This document shows positions 47,542 to 56,551 of a stretch of 64,000 bases of DNA, piece by piece. The number at the start of each line of letters is the position of its first letter. The first letter of the stretch is position 1. A program made the translations under genes and the position numbers. Source of the stretch: Nitrososphaerota archaeon (GTDB taxonomy: Archaea; Thermoproteota; Nitrososphaeria; Nitrososphaerales; Nitrosopumilaceae); assembly GCA_028867755.1 (NCBI GenBank), contig JAGWFT010000001.1, positions 708,727 to 772,726 of the forward strand. The letters are read 5' to 3'. The notes under the pieces were generated by a model. It worked only from the letters and a program-made list of their open reading frames with translations. It had not been told where the DNA came from and searched no databases.

Positions 47542-47681
47542 CCTTTTGATATGAATTGTACCGTGTATTCAAAATTCCTATTTGCATTATAGTATTTGAT
47601 AACATGATGGACAACATGTCGACACGTTATGTATGTTTCTTGCTTTTCATGATTTATCTACTTGTACTGTTGTAAGATGTC

Positions 47682-47813
47682 ATGAAAGCAAAGTTCAAGA
47701 CAACATGTTCAGAGTGTAGAGCAGAGATAAGTGTGGGCTCTGAAATATCAAAAACCTCATCGGGAAAATGGGTTCACAAACACTGTGCCCCTGAATCAGA
47801 AGATCTACCATAG
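47682..47813 (+). CDS. 43-aa zinc-binding micro-protein (not in ORF track)
   Basis: Manual translation MKAKFKTTCSECRAEISVGSEISKTSSGKWVHKHCAPESEDLP (CxxC...HxxC). Confidence 0.7.
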   Translation: MKAKFKTTCSECRAEISVGSEISKTSSGKWVHKHCAPESEDLP

Positions 47814-47845
47814 GATACGCCAAAACTATCTATCTTATCTAGTTT

Positions 47846-48163
47846 CTAGGTACATGAGTATACTGCGTATTGTCCTTGAATTCCAGCAGCTCTACTTACA
47901 TTTGTTGCAGTAGTATCATTTTTGAGAACTAGATGACATTTCAGATCACTATTGGTATACATGCTGTGCTGTTTATCGGTCAGTGAAAGGGCTGTATCCA
48001 CGGAGGAGGTGGGCGAGTGTTTCTGTGTATCAAAATAAAAATGTCCAATTAGTTCCGGTATTGCTATCATTAGTACAACCAGGATGGCAAACATGTTTAA
48101 TCGCTTTTTTTGTTTGGCGTCCAACCGGTCTCTGATTTTAATGAACATTATATTAAGATACAA
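47846..48163 (-). CDS. Single-TM small protein, paralogue of 39231-39506
   Basis: Shared PE.IGH, SSV, CHL, SRAAG and terminal C motifs; start 48163 or 48148. Confidence 0.75.
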   Translation of the reverse strand: MYLNIMFIKIRDRLDAKQKKRLNMFAILVVLMIAIPELIGHFYFDTQKHSPTSSVDTALSLTDKQHSMYTNSDLKCHLVLKNDTTATNVSRAAGIQGQYAVYSCT

Positions 48164-48207
48164 TATGATTTACGTCTGATTGCAGTATGAAAAAAAGTTG
48201 GACAGTC

Positions 48208-48357
48208 CTACAGATGTAGGATTGCTGCGAGAATTCCGGCTCCAATCATTGTACCAAGACCCAAAAATAATAGGTCAAAAGCGATCACTTTCTTAAATGG
48301 TGCACGGACTTGCATTCCCCATACGCTTGGTTTTCTCATCTCAGGTGTATTATTCAT
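48208..48357 (-). CDS. 49-aa single-TM micro-protein (not in ORF track)
   Basis: Manual translation MNNTPEMRKPSVWGMQVRAPFKKVIAFDLLFLGLGTMIGAGILAAILHL. Confidence 0.55.
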   Translation of the reverse strand: MNNTPEMRKPSVWGMQVRAPFKKVIAFDLLFLGLGTMIGAGILAAILHL

Positions 48358-48464
48358 GTATTATAGTATGGGAAATACTAGATAGGATATTGTCAGCTAG
48401 GTTTGTTATTTGTAAGCTAGATTGTTGAAGATGCATCATATGCATGAACAACAATATCTTACCT

Positions 48465-48581
48465 ATGAGTATACAATGCGATAGTTGTGGCTCTAGAAAA
48501 ACTTCTATTCACTACAACTCCAAATACAAAGGATTTCGAGGTTCTTGTTCCACTTGTGGGATAGACTGGCCAGAATCATAA
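48465..48581 (+). CDS. 38-aa zinc-ribbon micro-protein (not in ORF track)
   Basis: Manual translation MSIQCDSCGSRKTSIHYNSKYKGFRGSCSTCGIDWPES. Confidence 0.7.
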   Translation: MSIQCDSCGSRKTSIHYNSKYKGFRGSCSTCGIDWPES

Positions 48582-48629
48582 ACTGCAATATTCTGTTCAT
48601 TCGTAAGGCCTACGATTAGGCTAGCTTCC

Positions 48630-49217
48630 TTATTTTTCAAACTCAGTCCAAATCGAGTCTATTTTATCTCTTAGTATCTTCACATCGATTTTTTCCATAA
48701 ACTCCCTTTCAACTATATATCCAGATACATCGTTCTCACTATGGGTCTGACCTGCAAGACCGTCTTCAACATGTGGTATACCTCCTGATCTCCACTCTCT
48801 CATCTCAAATAGCCACACAAGGTCTTCCAAATTTGAAAAATCAATATCGTCGTGGCCTATGAACAATATATGACATTTGGGAAGATTTTCATAGAGTTTT
48901 TCATAAGCAATCATCTGGGCCTTTGAGATGATCATTCTATCGTCATGAAATATCTTGAGCTCAAAAATCATAAACCCTCCATGGTGCTCAATTAGCCAAT
49001 CAATATCTGTACCTCCTGATGTTTTCATGCGTTTTGATATTATGTTGCCAAGAACCTCTCTTGTTTTTGCAAATAGGGCGGGATTTGCTATCTTGTGCTT
49101 TGGCTCGTCCAGTTCGTCCTTATCATATTTGGTCTTCTGAGAATGTTTTCTGGATGTCTCTTTAGGGTTGTATATGATGTCTGCAAGGCCTGTAACATCT
49201 GAAACCATCATGGGCAA
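48630..49217 (-). CDS. Hypothetical protein with possible PD-(D/E)XK nuclease motif
   Basis: TDIDWLIEHHGGFMIFELK resembles D-x(n)-(D/E)xK. Confidence 0.6.
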   Translation of the reverse strand: MPMMVSDVTGLADIIYNPKETSRKHSQKTKYDKDELDEPKHKIANPALFAKTREVLGNIISKRMKTSGGTDIDWLIEHHGGFMIFELKIFHDDRMIISKAQMIAYEKLYENLPKCHILFIGHDDIDFSNLEDLVWLFEMREWRSGGIPHVEDGLAGQTHSENDVSGYIVEREFMEKIDVKILRDKIDSIWTEFEK

Positions 49218-49325
49218 TAAGATTGACAGCCTTATAGATCCACAAAATCAATTTTTGAAAACAAAGAGCTGTTAGATGTTCTCCCAAAAAACAATCTAAC
49301 AAAAATACAAAGTTCGTACAGTTTT

Positions 49326-49904
49326 CTAGCCTAGAGCTCGTGAGTGTTTTTGAGTATGGGGTCTTTCACCTGGATATTTTCTTCTCATGTGTCCAGAAGG
49401 TCTTCCATACAATAGTTCAAGAAACCATGCCTCATGCTCTATCTCTTCTCTAAGTATGTCTTTTGCAACGTCGTATGTGGCAGGATCTTTGCCATGTGTC
49501 ATCTTACACACTTTGTTCCAATTGACAATTGCACCTTGTTCTGCCTTGAGGCATTTCTCAAGGATTGCCTTTGTGTCAGTTGGTTTTGTAGGTAATTGTA
49601 GAAATTCACATCCTGACATCTTGATAAAGTCTTGAGCATTAAGTGGTAGCTTGCCTCCCAATTCATAAATTCTTGAAAGACATGATTCAAAGTGACTTAG
49701 ATCTTCAAGTCTGGCATCCTCGATTACTCCCTTCAGCCCCTCTCCTTCCATTCCGGTGCAATGTGCTCTAAGATTTGTAAAATAGTAATAGGCTGTAAAT
49801 TCTACTGACGCATTGTAAACTAGAGCATTTATCAACTCCTTCACGTTGATGCCATTCTGTTCTAGCACTTTGACTCCAACAACATTTAGTTCTTTTTTAG
49901 TCAC
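49326..49904 (-). CDS. dps: Dps-like (DpsL) ferritin-superfamily DNA protection protein
   Basis: EFTAYYYFT.LR.H..G.EGE, EDAR.ED..HFE....RIYELGG, EEIEHEAWF. Confidence 0.9.
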   Translation of the reverse strand: MTKKELNVVGVKVLEQNGINVKELINALVYNASVEFTAYYYFTNLRAHCTGMEGEGLKGVIEDARLEDLSHFESCLSRIYELGGKLPLNAQDFIKMSGCEFLQLPTKPTDTKAILEKCLKAEQGAIVNWNKVCKMTHGKDPATYDVAKDILREEIEHEAWFLELLYGRPSGHMRRKYPGERPHTQKHSRALG

Positions 49905-49967
49905 AAATACGGTTCAGGCTTGCTGGACGATATAAAGAGATCGTTAGGGGGCTAAGTTTATAATAAT

Positions 49968-49992
49968 TAGCTATCTAATGATTAGATATCTA
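49968..49992. promoter_or_regulatory. Palindromic operator, probably bound by MarR
   Basis: tag-c-tatctaat-g-attagata-t-cta, 6 nt upstream of the marR ATG. Confidence 0.7.
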
Positions 49993-49998
49993 ACTGAT

Positions 49999-50475
49999 AT
50001 GACAAAATATGATTTTGAGGCGAGTGTTGGATTTGTAGTAAACAACACGGCAAAGGCATTTCAGAAAACATTAGATTTTGAGCTCAGAAAAAACGTAGGT
50101 GTGACAATTAGTCAATGGAAAGTAGTGGCATCTCTTGTACAACAACCAGGTCTGACCCAGAAGGAAATTGCAGACAAGGTTGGTGTTGAAGGTGCAACAC
50201 TAGTCCCGATAATTGATAAGATGGAAGAAGAGGGACTATTAAAAAGAAAACCAGATTCTAACGATAGAAGAGTAAACAGGATCTATCTGACCTCCAAGGC
50301 AGATTCTTTGTGGAACTCTATGACAGAGTGTGCCATTCACATAAGAAAATCTTCCACCAAGTACATTTCAGAAGATGACCTTGAAACTACAATGAAAACA
50401 TTACGCAAGATATCAAAAAACCTATCAACATATTTTGCAGTTGGTACACTTGTAGAAATTTCAAGAAAAAAATAG
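49999..50475 (+). CDS. MarR family transcriptional regulator
   Basis: GVT.SQW, TQKEIA, ID.ME..GL..R.....DRR...I.LT. Confidence 0.92.
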   Translation: MTKYDFEASVGFVVNNTAKAFQKTLDFELRKNVGVTISQWKVVASLVQQPGLTQKEIADKVGVEGATLVPIIDKMEEEGLLKRKPDSNDRRVNRIYLTSKADSLWNSMTECAIHIRKSSTKYISEDDLETTMKTLRKISKNLSTYFAVGTLVEISRKK

Positions 50476-50488
50476 AGGCTAGGATAAA

Positions 50489-51973
50489 ATGGTAATGTCA
50501 AAGAACCCAAAAGATGCCGCAACTGATAAGATATCATCGAGGGCGTGGAAGACGCTTATCATACTAAGCTTGCTTGCAACTATGGCTATGTATGCAGAAA
50601 CAATGCTTGTACCAGCAATTCCTGATCTGATAAAAGATTTTCATATTTCATACAGTACTTCATCATGGATTCTTACAACCTATCTTCTAGCTGGAGCCAT
50701 AATGACACCAATTGCTGGCAAGATGTCAGATATCTGTGGAAAGAAAAAGATGTTGCTTGTAATTATGATAGTTTATGCAGTAGGAGTTTCGCTAGGAGGT
50801 TTTGTTACAAATATCTATGAAATGCTGGCAGTCAGGGTAGTACAAGGAATGGGAATGTCCATGTTCCCAATAGCTTTTGGATTGATAAGGGAACAATTTC
50901 CAATAAGTAAGATTGCAATTGGTCAGGGTATAATATCGTCTATGTTTGCTGGAGGTGCAGTTATTGGTCTTGTCGCAGGAGGGCACCTAATTCAAAACTA
51001 TGGATGGCAAGCAACCTTCTTCTCAATAATTCCAATTGTATTGGCATTGCTAGTAATAGTACAGAGGTTCATCCACGTAGATGAGGCTCATCCACAATGG
51101 AGGTCAGAAGAGATAAAGGAACAAAACACCAAGCCAAAAAATAGCATAGATATTCAGGGTGCAGTAACTCTTGCAGTATCTGTAACTGCGTTTCTGATGG
51201 CACTGACTTTTGTTGAGACCGGAGATATGGTGGGGTCTTCCACAATGATAGGATTAGTTGTAATTGGAATTGTATACCTGATTCTCTTTGCCATAATTGA
51301 AAAGAGATCAAAGTCACCACTAATAGATCTCAAGATACTTTTCAACAAGGTGATACTTCCATCGAATATACTGATAATGATTGTAGGAATGTCGATGTTC
51401 ATGGTCTTTCAGACAATACCTGTTCTTATTCGAAGTCCAACCCCGTTGGGATTTGGAGAGGATCCAGTAGCTACAGCAAATGTGCAGCTTCCGTTTGCAC
51501 TTGTCTTGCTTATCGTTGGCCCCACTTCGGGTTTTATCATATCAAAGCTTGGCTCTACAAAGCCGATAATAATTGGTAGCGTAATTAGTGCAATGGGATT
51601 TGCAAGTCTTTTCGTGTATCACTCGACAGAATTTATGATATCGATAAGCCTTGCAATATTATCAACCGGATTGTCACTTACAAATGTAGGTGCAATGAAT
51701 GTGATCATGGTTGCAACTCCAAAACAAAATGTAGGGGCCTCACTTGGTATGAGTACTCTGATCAGAATAATTGGTGCGTCAGTAGGACCTGCTATGGCTG
51801 GAATGTTTATGCAAACACACAGGACATCATTACCAGGAGTGTCTGGCACATTTCCGACTCCTGATTCTTACAATCTCATATTTCTCATTGCCACAATTAT
51901 TGCTATATCATCAATTGGGCTTGCGATATTTTTGAGGAAGTTTGTTTCTAAAACTATAGTTCACATCAAGTGA
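50489..51973 (+). CDS. MFS transporter (14-TM, DHA2-like)
   Basis: WILTTYLL, GKMSD..G+K+, RVVQG, about 14 TM segments. Confidence 0.92.
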   Translation: MVMSKNPKDAATDKISSRAWKTLIILSLLATMAMYAETMLVPAIPDLIKDFHISYSTSSWILTTYLLAGAIMTPIAGKMSDICGKKKMLLVIMIVYAVGVSLGGFVTNIYEMLAVRVVQGMGMSMFPIAFGLIREQFPISKIAIGQGIISSMFAGGAVIGLVAGGHLIQNYGWQATFFSIIPIVLALLVIVQRFIHVDEAHPQWRSEEIKEQNTKPKNSIDIQGAVTLAVSVTAFLMALTFVETGDMVGSSTMIGLVVIGIVYLILFAIIEKRSKSPLIDLKILFNKVILPSNILIMIVGMSMFMVFQTIPVLIRSPTPLGFGEDPVATANVQLPFALVLLIVGPTSGFIISKLGSTKPIIIGSVISAMGFASLFVYHSTEFMISISLAILSTGLSLTNVGAMNVIMVATPKQNVGASLGMSTLIRIIGASVGPAMAGMFMQTHRTSLPGVSGTFPTPDSYNLIFLIATIIAISSIGLAIFLRKFVSKTIVHIK

Positions 51974-52799
51974 CATCTTGCGACTGGTCAGAATCCTGAG
52001 TCTCGTATTTGCTTTTAAGAAGACTGACCTCGTTTCGGGCAGCCTCATACTCATCTCTTGTTCGCACAAGTGCAGTTTTGACAATTTCCAGTTCCTTTTT
52101 CACAGACTCGTACTTTGAGTTTATAGCAGCTGCAATGACTCCAGCTGCCTCTACAATCTTCTTAGAGTCATCTTTTTTTCCAACTGATGCAAGTTCTTTC
52201 TCTATGAATTCTAACTCGTTCTTTGTTATGAGTATCTCCTTTTTCTTCAACTCTTGCTGCGACTTTAAAGAATCAAGCTCGGCTCTTACTTTCTGTGTAG
52301 CAGAGTTTAATTCGTCAAGCTCTGACTTGGAATTGTCTATCTTTGACTGAACTTCCTCAAGCTCTAATATCTTGGTGTTTTTTTGTGAATCGACTACAGA
52401 CATCTCATCTCTTATTTTCTGAATTTGTTGCTTTATTGCATCAACGTCTATCTGATTATACTGTGACTTTGTCATTGCAAGATCTAGTTTTGCAGTCTTG
52501 ATTTGTTCTAGGACTGATTCTCGTTCTACCATGATTGAGGTAATTTCTGATCTCAAAGAACCAAGTTCTTCTTTTGCAGTATTGGTCTCTTTTGTAATAG
52601 TATCAAGTTCAGTTTTCATGGCACCGATTTCACTAGAGCATGATTCTAATATGAGTGCACTTTGTTGAATCTCTTTTTTCAATTCGTCAAGCTCGTTTTG
52701 AAATTGTCCATTTTGAGTCTGTTCCAGACTCTTTACTTGGGCGTCTTTTGCAGGTTCTTCTCTCTCAGATTCCTTTCTTGATCGACCAAATAGGCCCAT
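51966..52799 (-). CDS. Long coiled-coil protein
   Basis: Extended heptad pattern; ATG at 52799 (MGLFGR). Confidence 0.75.
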   Translation of the reverse strand: MGLFGRSRKESEREEPAKDAQVKSLEQTQNGQFQNELDELKKEIQQSALILESCSSEIGAMKTELDTITKETNTAKEELGSLRSEITSIMVERESVLEQIKTAKLDLAMTKSQYNQIDVDAIKQQIQKIRDEMSVVDSQKNTKILELEEVQSKIDNSKSELDELNSATQKVRAELDSLKSQQELKKKEILITKNELEFIEKELASVGKKDDSKKIVEAAGVIAAAINSKYESVKKELEIVKTALVRTRDEYEAARNEVSLLKSKYETQDSDQSQDVT

Positions 52800-52856
52800 T
52801 ATTAGAACTTGTTGCACGTGGTAAGAAAAGTATTCCTTTTTTGTAACAAAAGATCT

Positions 52857-53048
52857 CTATTTCCTTTTCTTCTTAAGAAAGCTCATGTAAAATCCCAATC
52901 CGCCTATGGCAAACCCAAATATGATTATGCCAAGTCCCTCTAGATTATTTTTGAAATACCCGGGAGCAAACACAAAGATCAATATTCCAATTACGATTAG
53001 AACCATACCACTTCCTTTGGGTCTGTTGTGTTCGCTATGTGCAGACAT
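52857..53048 (-). CDS. Small 2-TM protein
   Basis: Two TM helices; 2 nt after the lysS stop codon. Confidence 0.7.
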   Translation of the reverse strand: MSAHSEHNRPKGSGMVLIVIGILIFVFAPGYFKNNLEGLGIIIFGFAIGGLGFYMSFLKKKRK

Positions 53049-53050
53049 GG

Positions 53051-54634
53051 CTATAGGTACTCTGAGATTGTGGAGGCTACTTTTTTCCTTCCTATGTCTA
53101 GTATGAAAGGACCAATCTTCGGTCCCCTCTCTGCTGCAAGTATTATTTGATATAAAATTCTGAAAAAGTCTTTGGGTTGTACCCCATTGCTTTTTGCAAT
53201 ATTGTATATAGTATTTTGCAGGTCTTCCGGTTCTTTTTCTGCAGATAAAATACTTGCAAGCTCTGACAATGTTTTTTTTGTCATTGCATCTATCTGAACT
53301 TCAACCTTGGTTGGCTTGTCAAAGTCATCTGCATAGTTTCCTGCAAGTGTTATCAATTCATCAATTTCTGAAGACGGTTCCTTCATGGTTCCGTATTCTA
53401 TGAGCTTCTTTGTCACCTTGGAAGTCCTATCCTCTCTGAATATCTTACAAAGCTGAACCAACAATCTATAGTTCACATATGGTGTAGGGCTTGAGGGCTT
53501 GAGCAAATTTACGTACTCGTATAATCCCTTTACTCTGGTCGTCTTGTTCTCGTTATCAAGTTTTATCTTTCCAAAGTAAATGTTCTCAAGTTCATGGTAT
53601 TCGTCCATCAGTACAGGAATGTCTTCAAAGCCAATCTCACGGGCTCCTGTGATCCTTTTGTATAATAATAACAGAATAGACTTGGGTGTTCCATATCTTA
53701 ACCAGGCCTGCGATGTTACAACATTTCCAAGAGATTTTGATATTTTTTTTCCGCCCTTGTCAAGAAACATCTCGTATTTTACATGTGTAGGATGCTGAAA
53801 GCCAAGTATCTCGTCTGCAACCCAATCATTGACCTTTACTGAATCCATGATGTCTTTTCCGTAGGCTTCAAATCTTATGTCAAATGCCTGCCATCTTGCT
53901 GCAAACTCTACTTTCCATGCAAGCTTTCCAAGGTCTTTTGTAATGTCTGCAATTCCCTCATGTCCACATCCATCAAGAATCTTGGAACCAATAGTGGTTC
54001 CACTACATTTGTATTTTATCTTCTTCTCATCTGGAAGATATTCATAAGCAATAGCAGTATACAGTCTTCCACAATTTGCACAAACAGGAAAGTACGGTAG
54101 GGCTTCTTGATATTTTTCTTGGCCCACAAATTCTGCAATCTTTTCTCCAATTTTTTTGTTGTTTGTTAAAATGGTATGAATTTGATCTTTTAGTAGTCCA
54201 TTTCTGTAAGTGTCTACCCCCCGTTGGAACTTGTACTTGATTCCAAGCTTGTCCAGCCCATCAAGCAGAAGACTACTCATGTGCAACCCATACGAATCAT
54301 GACATCCAAACGGATCTGGAATAAATGAAACAGGTTTTGCAATATGATCCTTTAACCAGTCAGGTAATCCTTCAGGAATCTTTCTGAGACCGTCAAGATC
54401 ATCTGAATATGCAACAAGTTCTGACTTGAACCCAAAGTTTTCAAGTGCAAGTTTTATGCCATATGCTCTAACTGCATCACCCAAGCTTCCAATGTGAGGT
54501 ATTCCAGATGCGCCAAGACCACTCTCAACTCTTATCATGTTGGTGCTTCTACCAAGAGATTTTTCCCTTTCAAGAAGCTCATCTGCAAGTTTGTCTATCC
54601 AAGTACCCCTTCCTATTATTTTCTGTTCTTCCAT
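53051..54634 (-). CDS. lysS: Class I lysyl-tRNA synthetase
   Basis: ASGIPHIG (HIGH), SDDLDGLRK, KL.WKVE..ARW, KISKSLGN. Confidence 0.96.
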   Translation of the reverse strand: MEEQKIIGRGTWIDKLADELLEREKSLGRSTNMIRVESGLGASGIPHIGSLGDAVRAYGIKLALENFGFKSELVAYSDDLDGLRKIPEGLPDWLKDHIAKPVSFIPDPFGCHDSYGLHMSSLLLDGLDKLGIKYKFQRGVDTYRNGLLKDQIHTILTNNKKIGEKIAEFVGQEKYQEALPYFPVCANCGRLYTAIAYEYLPDEKKIKYKCSGTTIGSKILDGCGHEGIADITKDLGKLAWKVEFAARWQAFDIRFEAYGKDIMDSVKVNDWVADEILGFQHPTHVKYEMFLDKGGKKISKSLGNVVTSQAWLRYGTPKSILLLLYKRITGAREIGFEDIPVLMDEYHELENIYFGKIKLDNENKTTRVKGLYEYVNLLKPSSPTPYVNYRLLVQLCKIFREDRTSKVTKKLIEYGTMKEPSSEIDELITLAGNYADDFDKPTKVEVQIDAMTKKTLSELASILSAEKEPEDLQNTIYNIAKSNGVQPKDFFRILYQIILAAERGPKIGPFILDIGRKKVASTISEYL

Positions 54635-56220
54635 TATCCCAATTCCTTTGACATGTATGGGCCATCAAGTGAGTAGCCCAACTTTCTATAGTATTCTCGT
54701 GTGCCCACTGCACTTATGACCAGCAATTTCTTTGCATCAAATTCTTCGCTTGAAATTTTTTCAGCTTCATTCATCAAGCTCTTTCCTAGTCCCAAGTGTT
54801 GCATGCTGTCCTTGTCACGCTCGCCAAGCTTGAGTGATTTGCCGTACACGTGAAGTTCTCTTACAATGCACGTGTTTCCATCTATTTCCTTTCTGTGTGC
54901 CAAATTGCTTGGTTTTCGCAGCCTCAAGAACCCAAATATTCTGTCTTTCAAGTCATCGTATGACAGAAAGACCTCGTACCCTCCTGAGGACTCGTAGTTT
55001 TCTCGATTTAATCTGATATTATCAACGTTAATCGTACTGTCAGACAACCCAGCCTCTCTACATCTGATGCATTTGCAGGAAAGATTTTGTTTTTTGAGGT
55101 TTTGCTGTACCATCTGGCGCAGATTTCCAAGGTTGGGGCCTGCAATAATTTGATCAGAGGAGATCTCTCGCTGCATCCTCATTATTCGTACCCATCTTGG
55201 TATGATCTTTTTCATCTCGGTTAGCACTGCTATCATCTCATCTTGGGAATATGGTGCAAATTTGCCTTCCTTGTATGATTTGTATAGCAAAGTATCTTCA
55301 AGAACAAGTGTCGGATAGATCTTTAACATATCTGGTCTAAGGGCAGGATCAGAAAATAGTTTTTTAAAATCTTCAATATCTTCCCTGGGCGTCATGGTTG
55401 GTAGGCCAGGCATCATGTGTGCTACAATCTTATAGCCTGCATCTTTTGATATCTGAAATGATTCTACTACGTCTTTAAACGTGTGACCTCTGTTGACAAT
55501 CTGATAAACTCTCTCATGTAGGCTCTGGACTCCAATCTCAACTCTTGTTATGCCATAATCAAGCATCCAGTCTACATGCTGGGTCTTGCAATAGTCAGGC
55601 TTTGTCTCTATAGTGAACCCGACATTTCTTATGTTTGCCTTTTCATTATTTTTCTTGGCTGATTCCAAGTCAGGCGAATCAAATCCATTCAATGCATCAA
55701 AACACGACTTGATAAAAGATCTCTGATAATCTTGAGGCATGAAAAGAAATGTTCCTCCAACAATGACTAGCTCAAGCTTGGCACTGTCATGACCATATCC
55801 AATTAGATGATCAAGTTTGTCAAGAACCTGTTTCTTTGGATCGTAATTATTTGCTATGGCGTTTTGCGTGGACGGCTCTCTCCCGGTATAGCTGTTAGGT
55901 GTGTTGAATTCTACTCCTCCTGGGCAATACGTACATCTGCCATGGGGGCAAGCATATGGTTTTGGCATTAGTGCTATCACAGCTACGCCAGATGCAGTCT
56001 TTACAGGTTTCCTGATCAGTGCTCTTTGGAGCTTTACAAAGTCTTGTCCGCTGACTGATGCAAGAATCTCATAATTTCTTGGTATTCGCTCAAGTGAATA
56101 CTTGACACAGATGCATTTAATCTCACGCTTGACGTTCTTGCTTGTTGGTTCTGATATGGCAAGAAGATTGCGAGAAATTTCTCCACATGCATCCTCAAAG
56201 CTTATCCCTGCCTGTTGCAC
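54634..56220 (-). CDS. elp3: Elp3-type tRNA uridine(34) modification enzyme (radical SAM + GNAT)
   Basis: CPHGRCTYCPGG, ETKPD, LKIYPTLV, VRELHVYG, QH.G.G, SAVG.R.YY. Confidence 0.96.
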   Translation of the reverse strand: MQQAGISFEDACGEISRNLLAISEPTSKNVKREIKCICVKYSLERIPRNYEILASVSGQDFVKLQRALIRKPVKTASGVAVIALMPKPYACPHGRCTYCPGGVEFNTPNSYTGREPSTQNAIANNYDPKKQVLDKLDHLIGYGHDSAKLELVIVGGTFLFMPQDYQRSFIKSCFDALNGFDSPDLESAKKNNEKANIRNVGFTIETKPDYCKTQHVDWMLDYGITRVEIGVQSLHERVYQIVNRGHTFKDVVESFQISKDAGYKIVAHMMPGLPTMTPREDIEDFKKLFSDPALRPDMLKIYPTLVLEDTLLYKSYKEGKFAPYSQDEMIAVLTEMKKIIPRWVRIMRMQREISSDQIIAGPNLGNLRQMVQQNLKKQNLSCKCIRCREAGLSDSTINVDNIRLNRENYESSGGYEVFLSYDDLKDRIFGFLRLRKPSNLAHRKEIDGNTCIVRELHVYGKSLKLGERDKDSMQHLGLGKSLMNEAEKISSEEFDAKKLLVISAVGTREYYRKLGYSLDGPYMSKELG

Positions 56221-56321
56221 GCCTTGTCTGAATGAGTTTGGGTATTAAATCCTAATCTGGACATGTAAAAACAAAACCCTTTTTGGCAATCATGACAATC
56301 TTAACACTGTGATATATTGAA

Positions 56322-56546
56322 ATGACTGTCGGATATGTGGCAATCCATTGTGATACAGGCAGAGAGTTATACGTATACGAACGTATCGTTGGAACGCATG
56401 GCGTAAAGGAAGCAAGCATTGTGATGGGGCTTTATGACATTATGTGCAAGATAGAGGCAGGAACTACAAAGGATCTAGAAGATGCAGTAATGAAGATAAG
56501 GAAAATCTCCCATGTGCAGACAACTATGACACTGCTTGTGTTGTAA
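56322..56546 (+). CDS. Stand-alone Lrp/AsnC ligand-binding domain protein
   Basis: V.G.YDI..KIEA.....L......IR.I..V..T.T. Confidence 0.8.
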   Translation: MTVGYVAIHCDTGRELYVYERIVGTHGVKEASIVMGLYDIMCKIEAGTTKDLEDAVMKIRKISHVQTTMTLLVL

Positions 56547-56551
56547 AGATT

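Noticed and set aside
26190-52100. attR copy of the tRNA 3' end and an integrase bounding the accessory region
   Set aside because: Neither was found by eye, so the region is not annotated as a mobile element.
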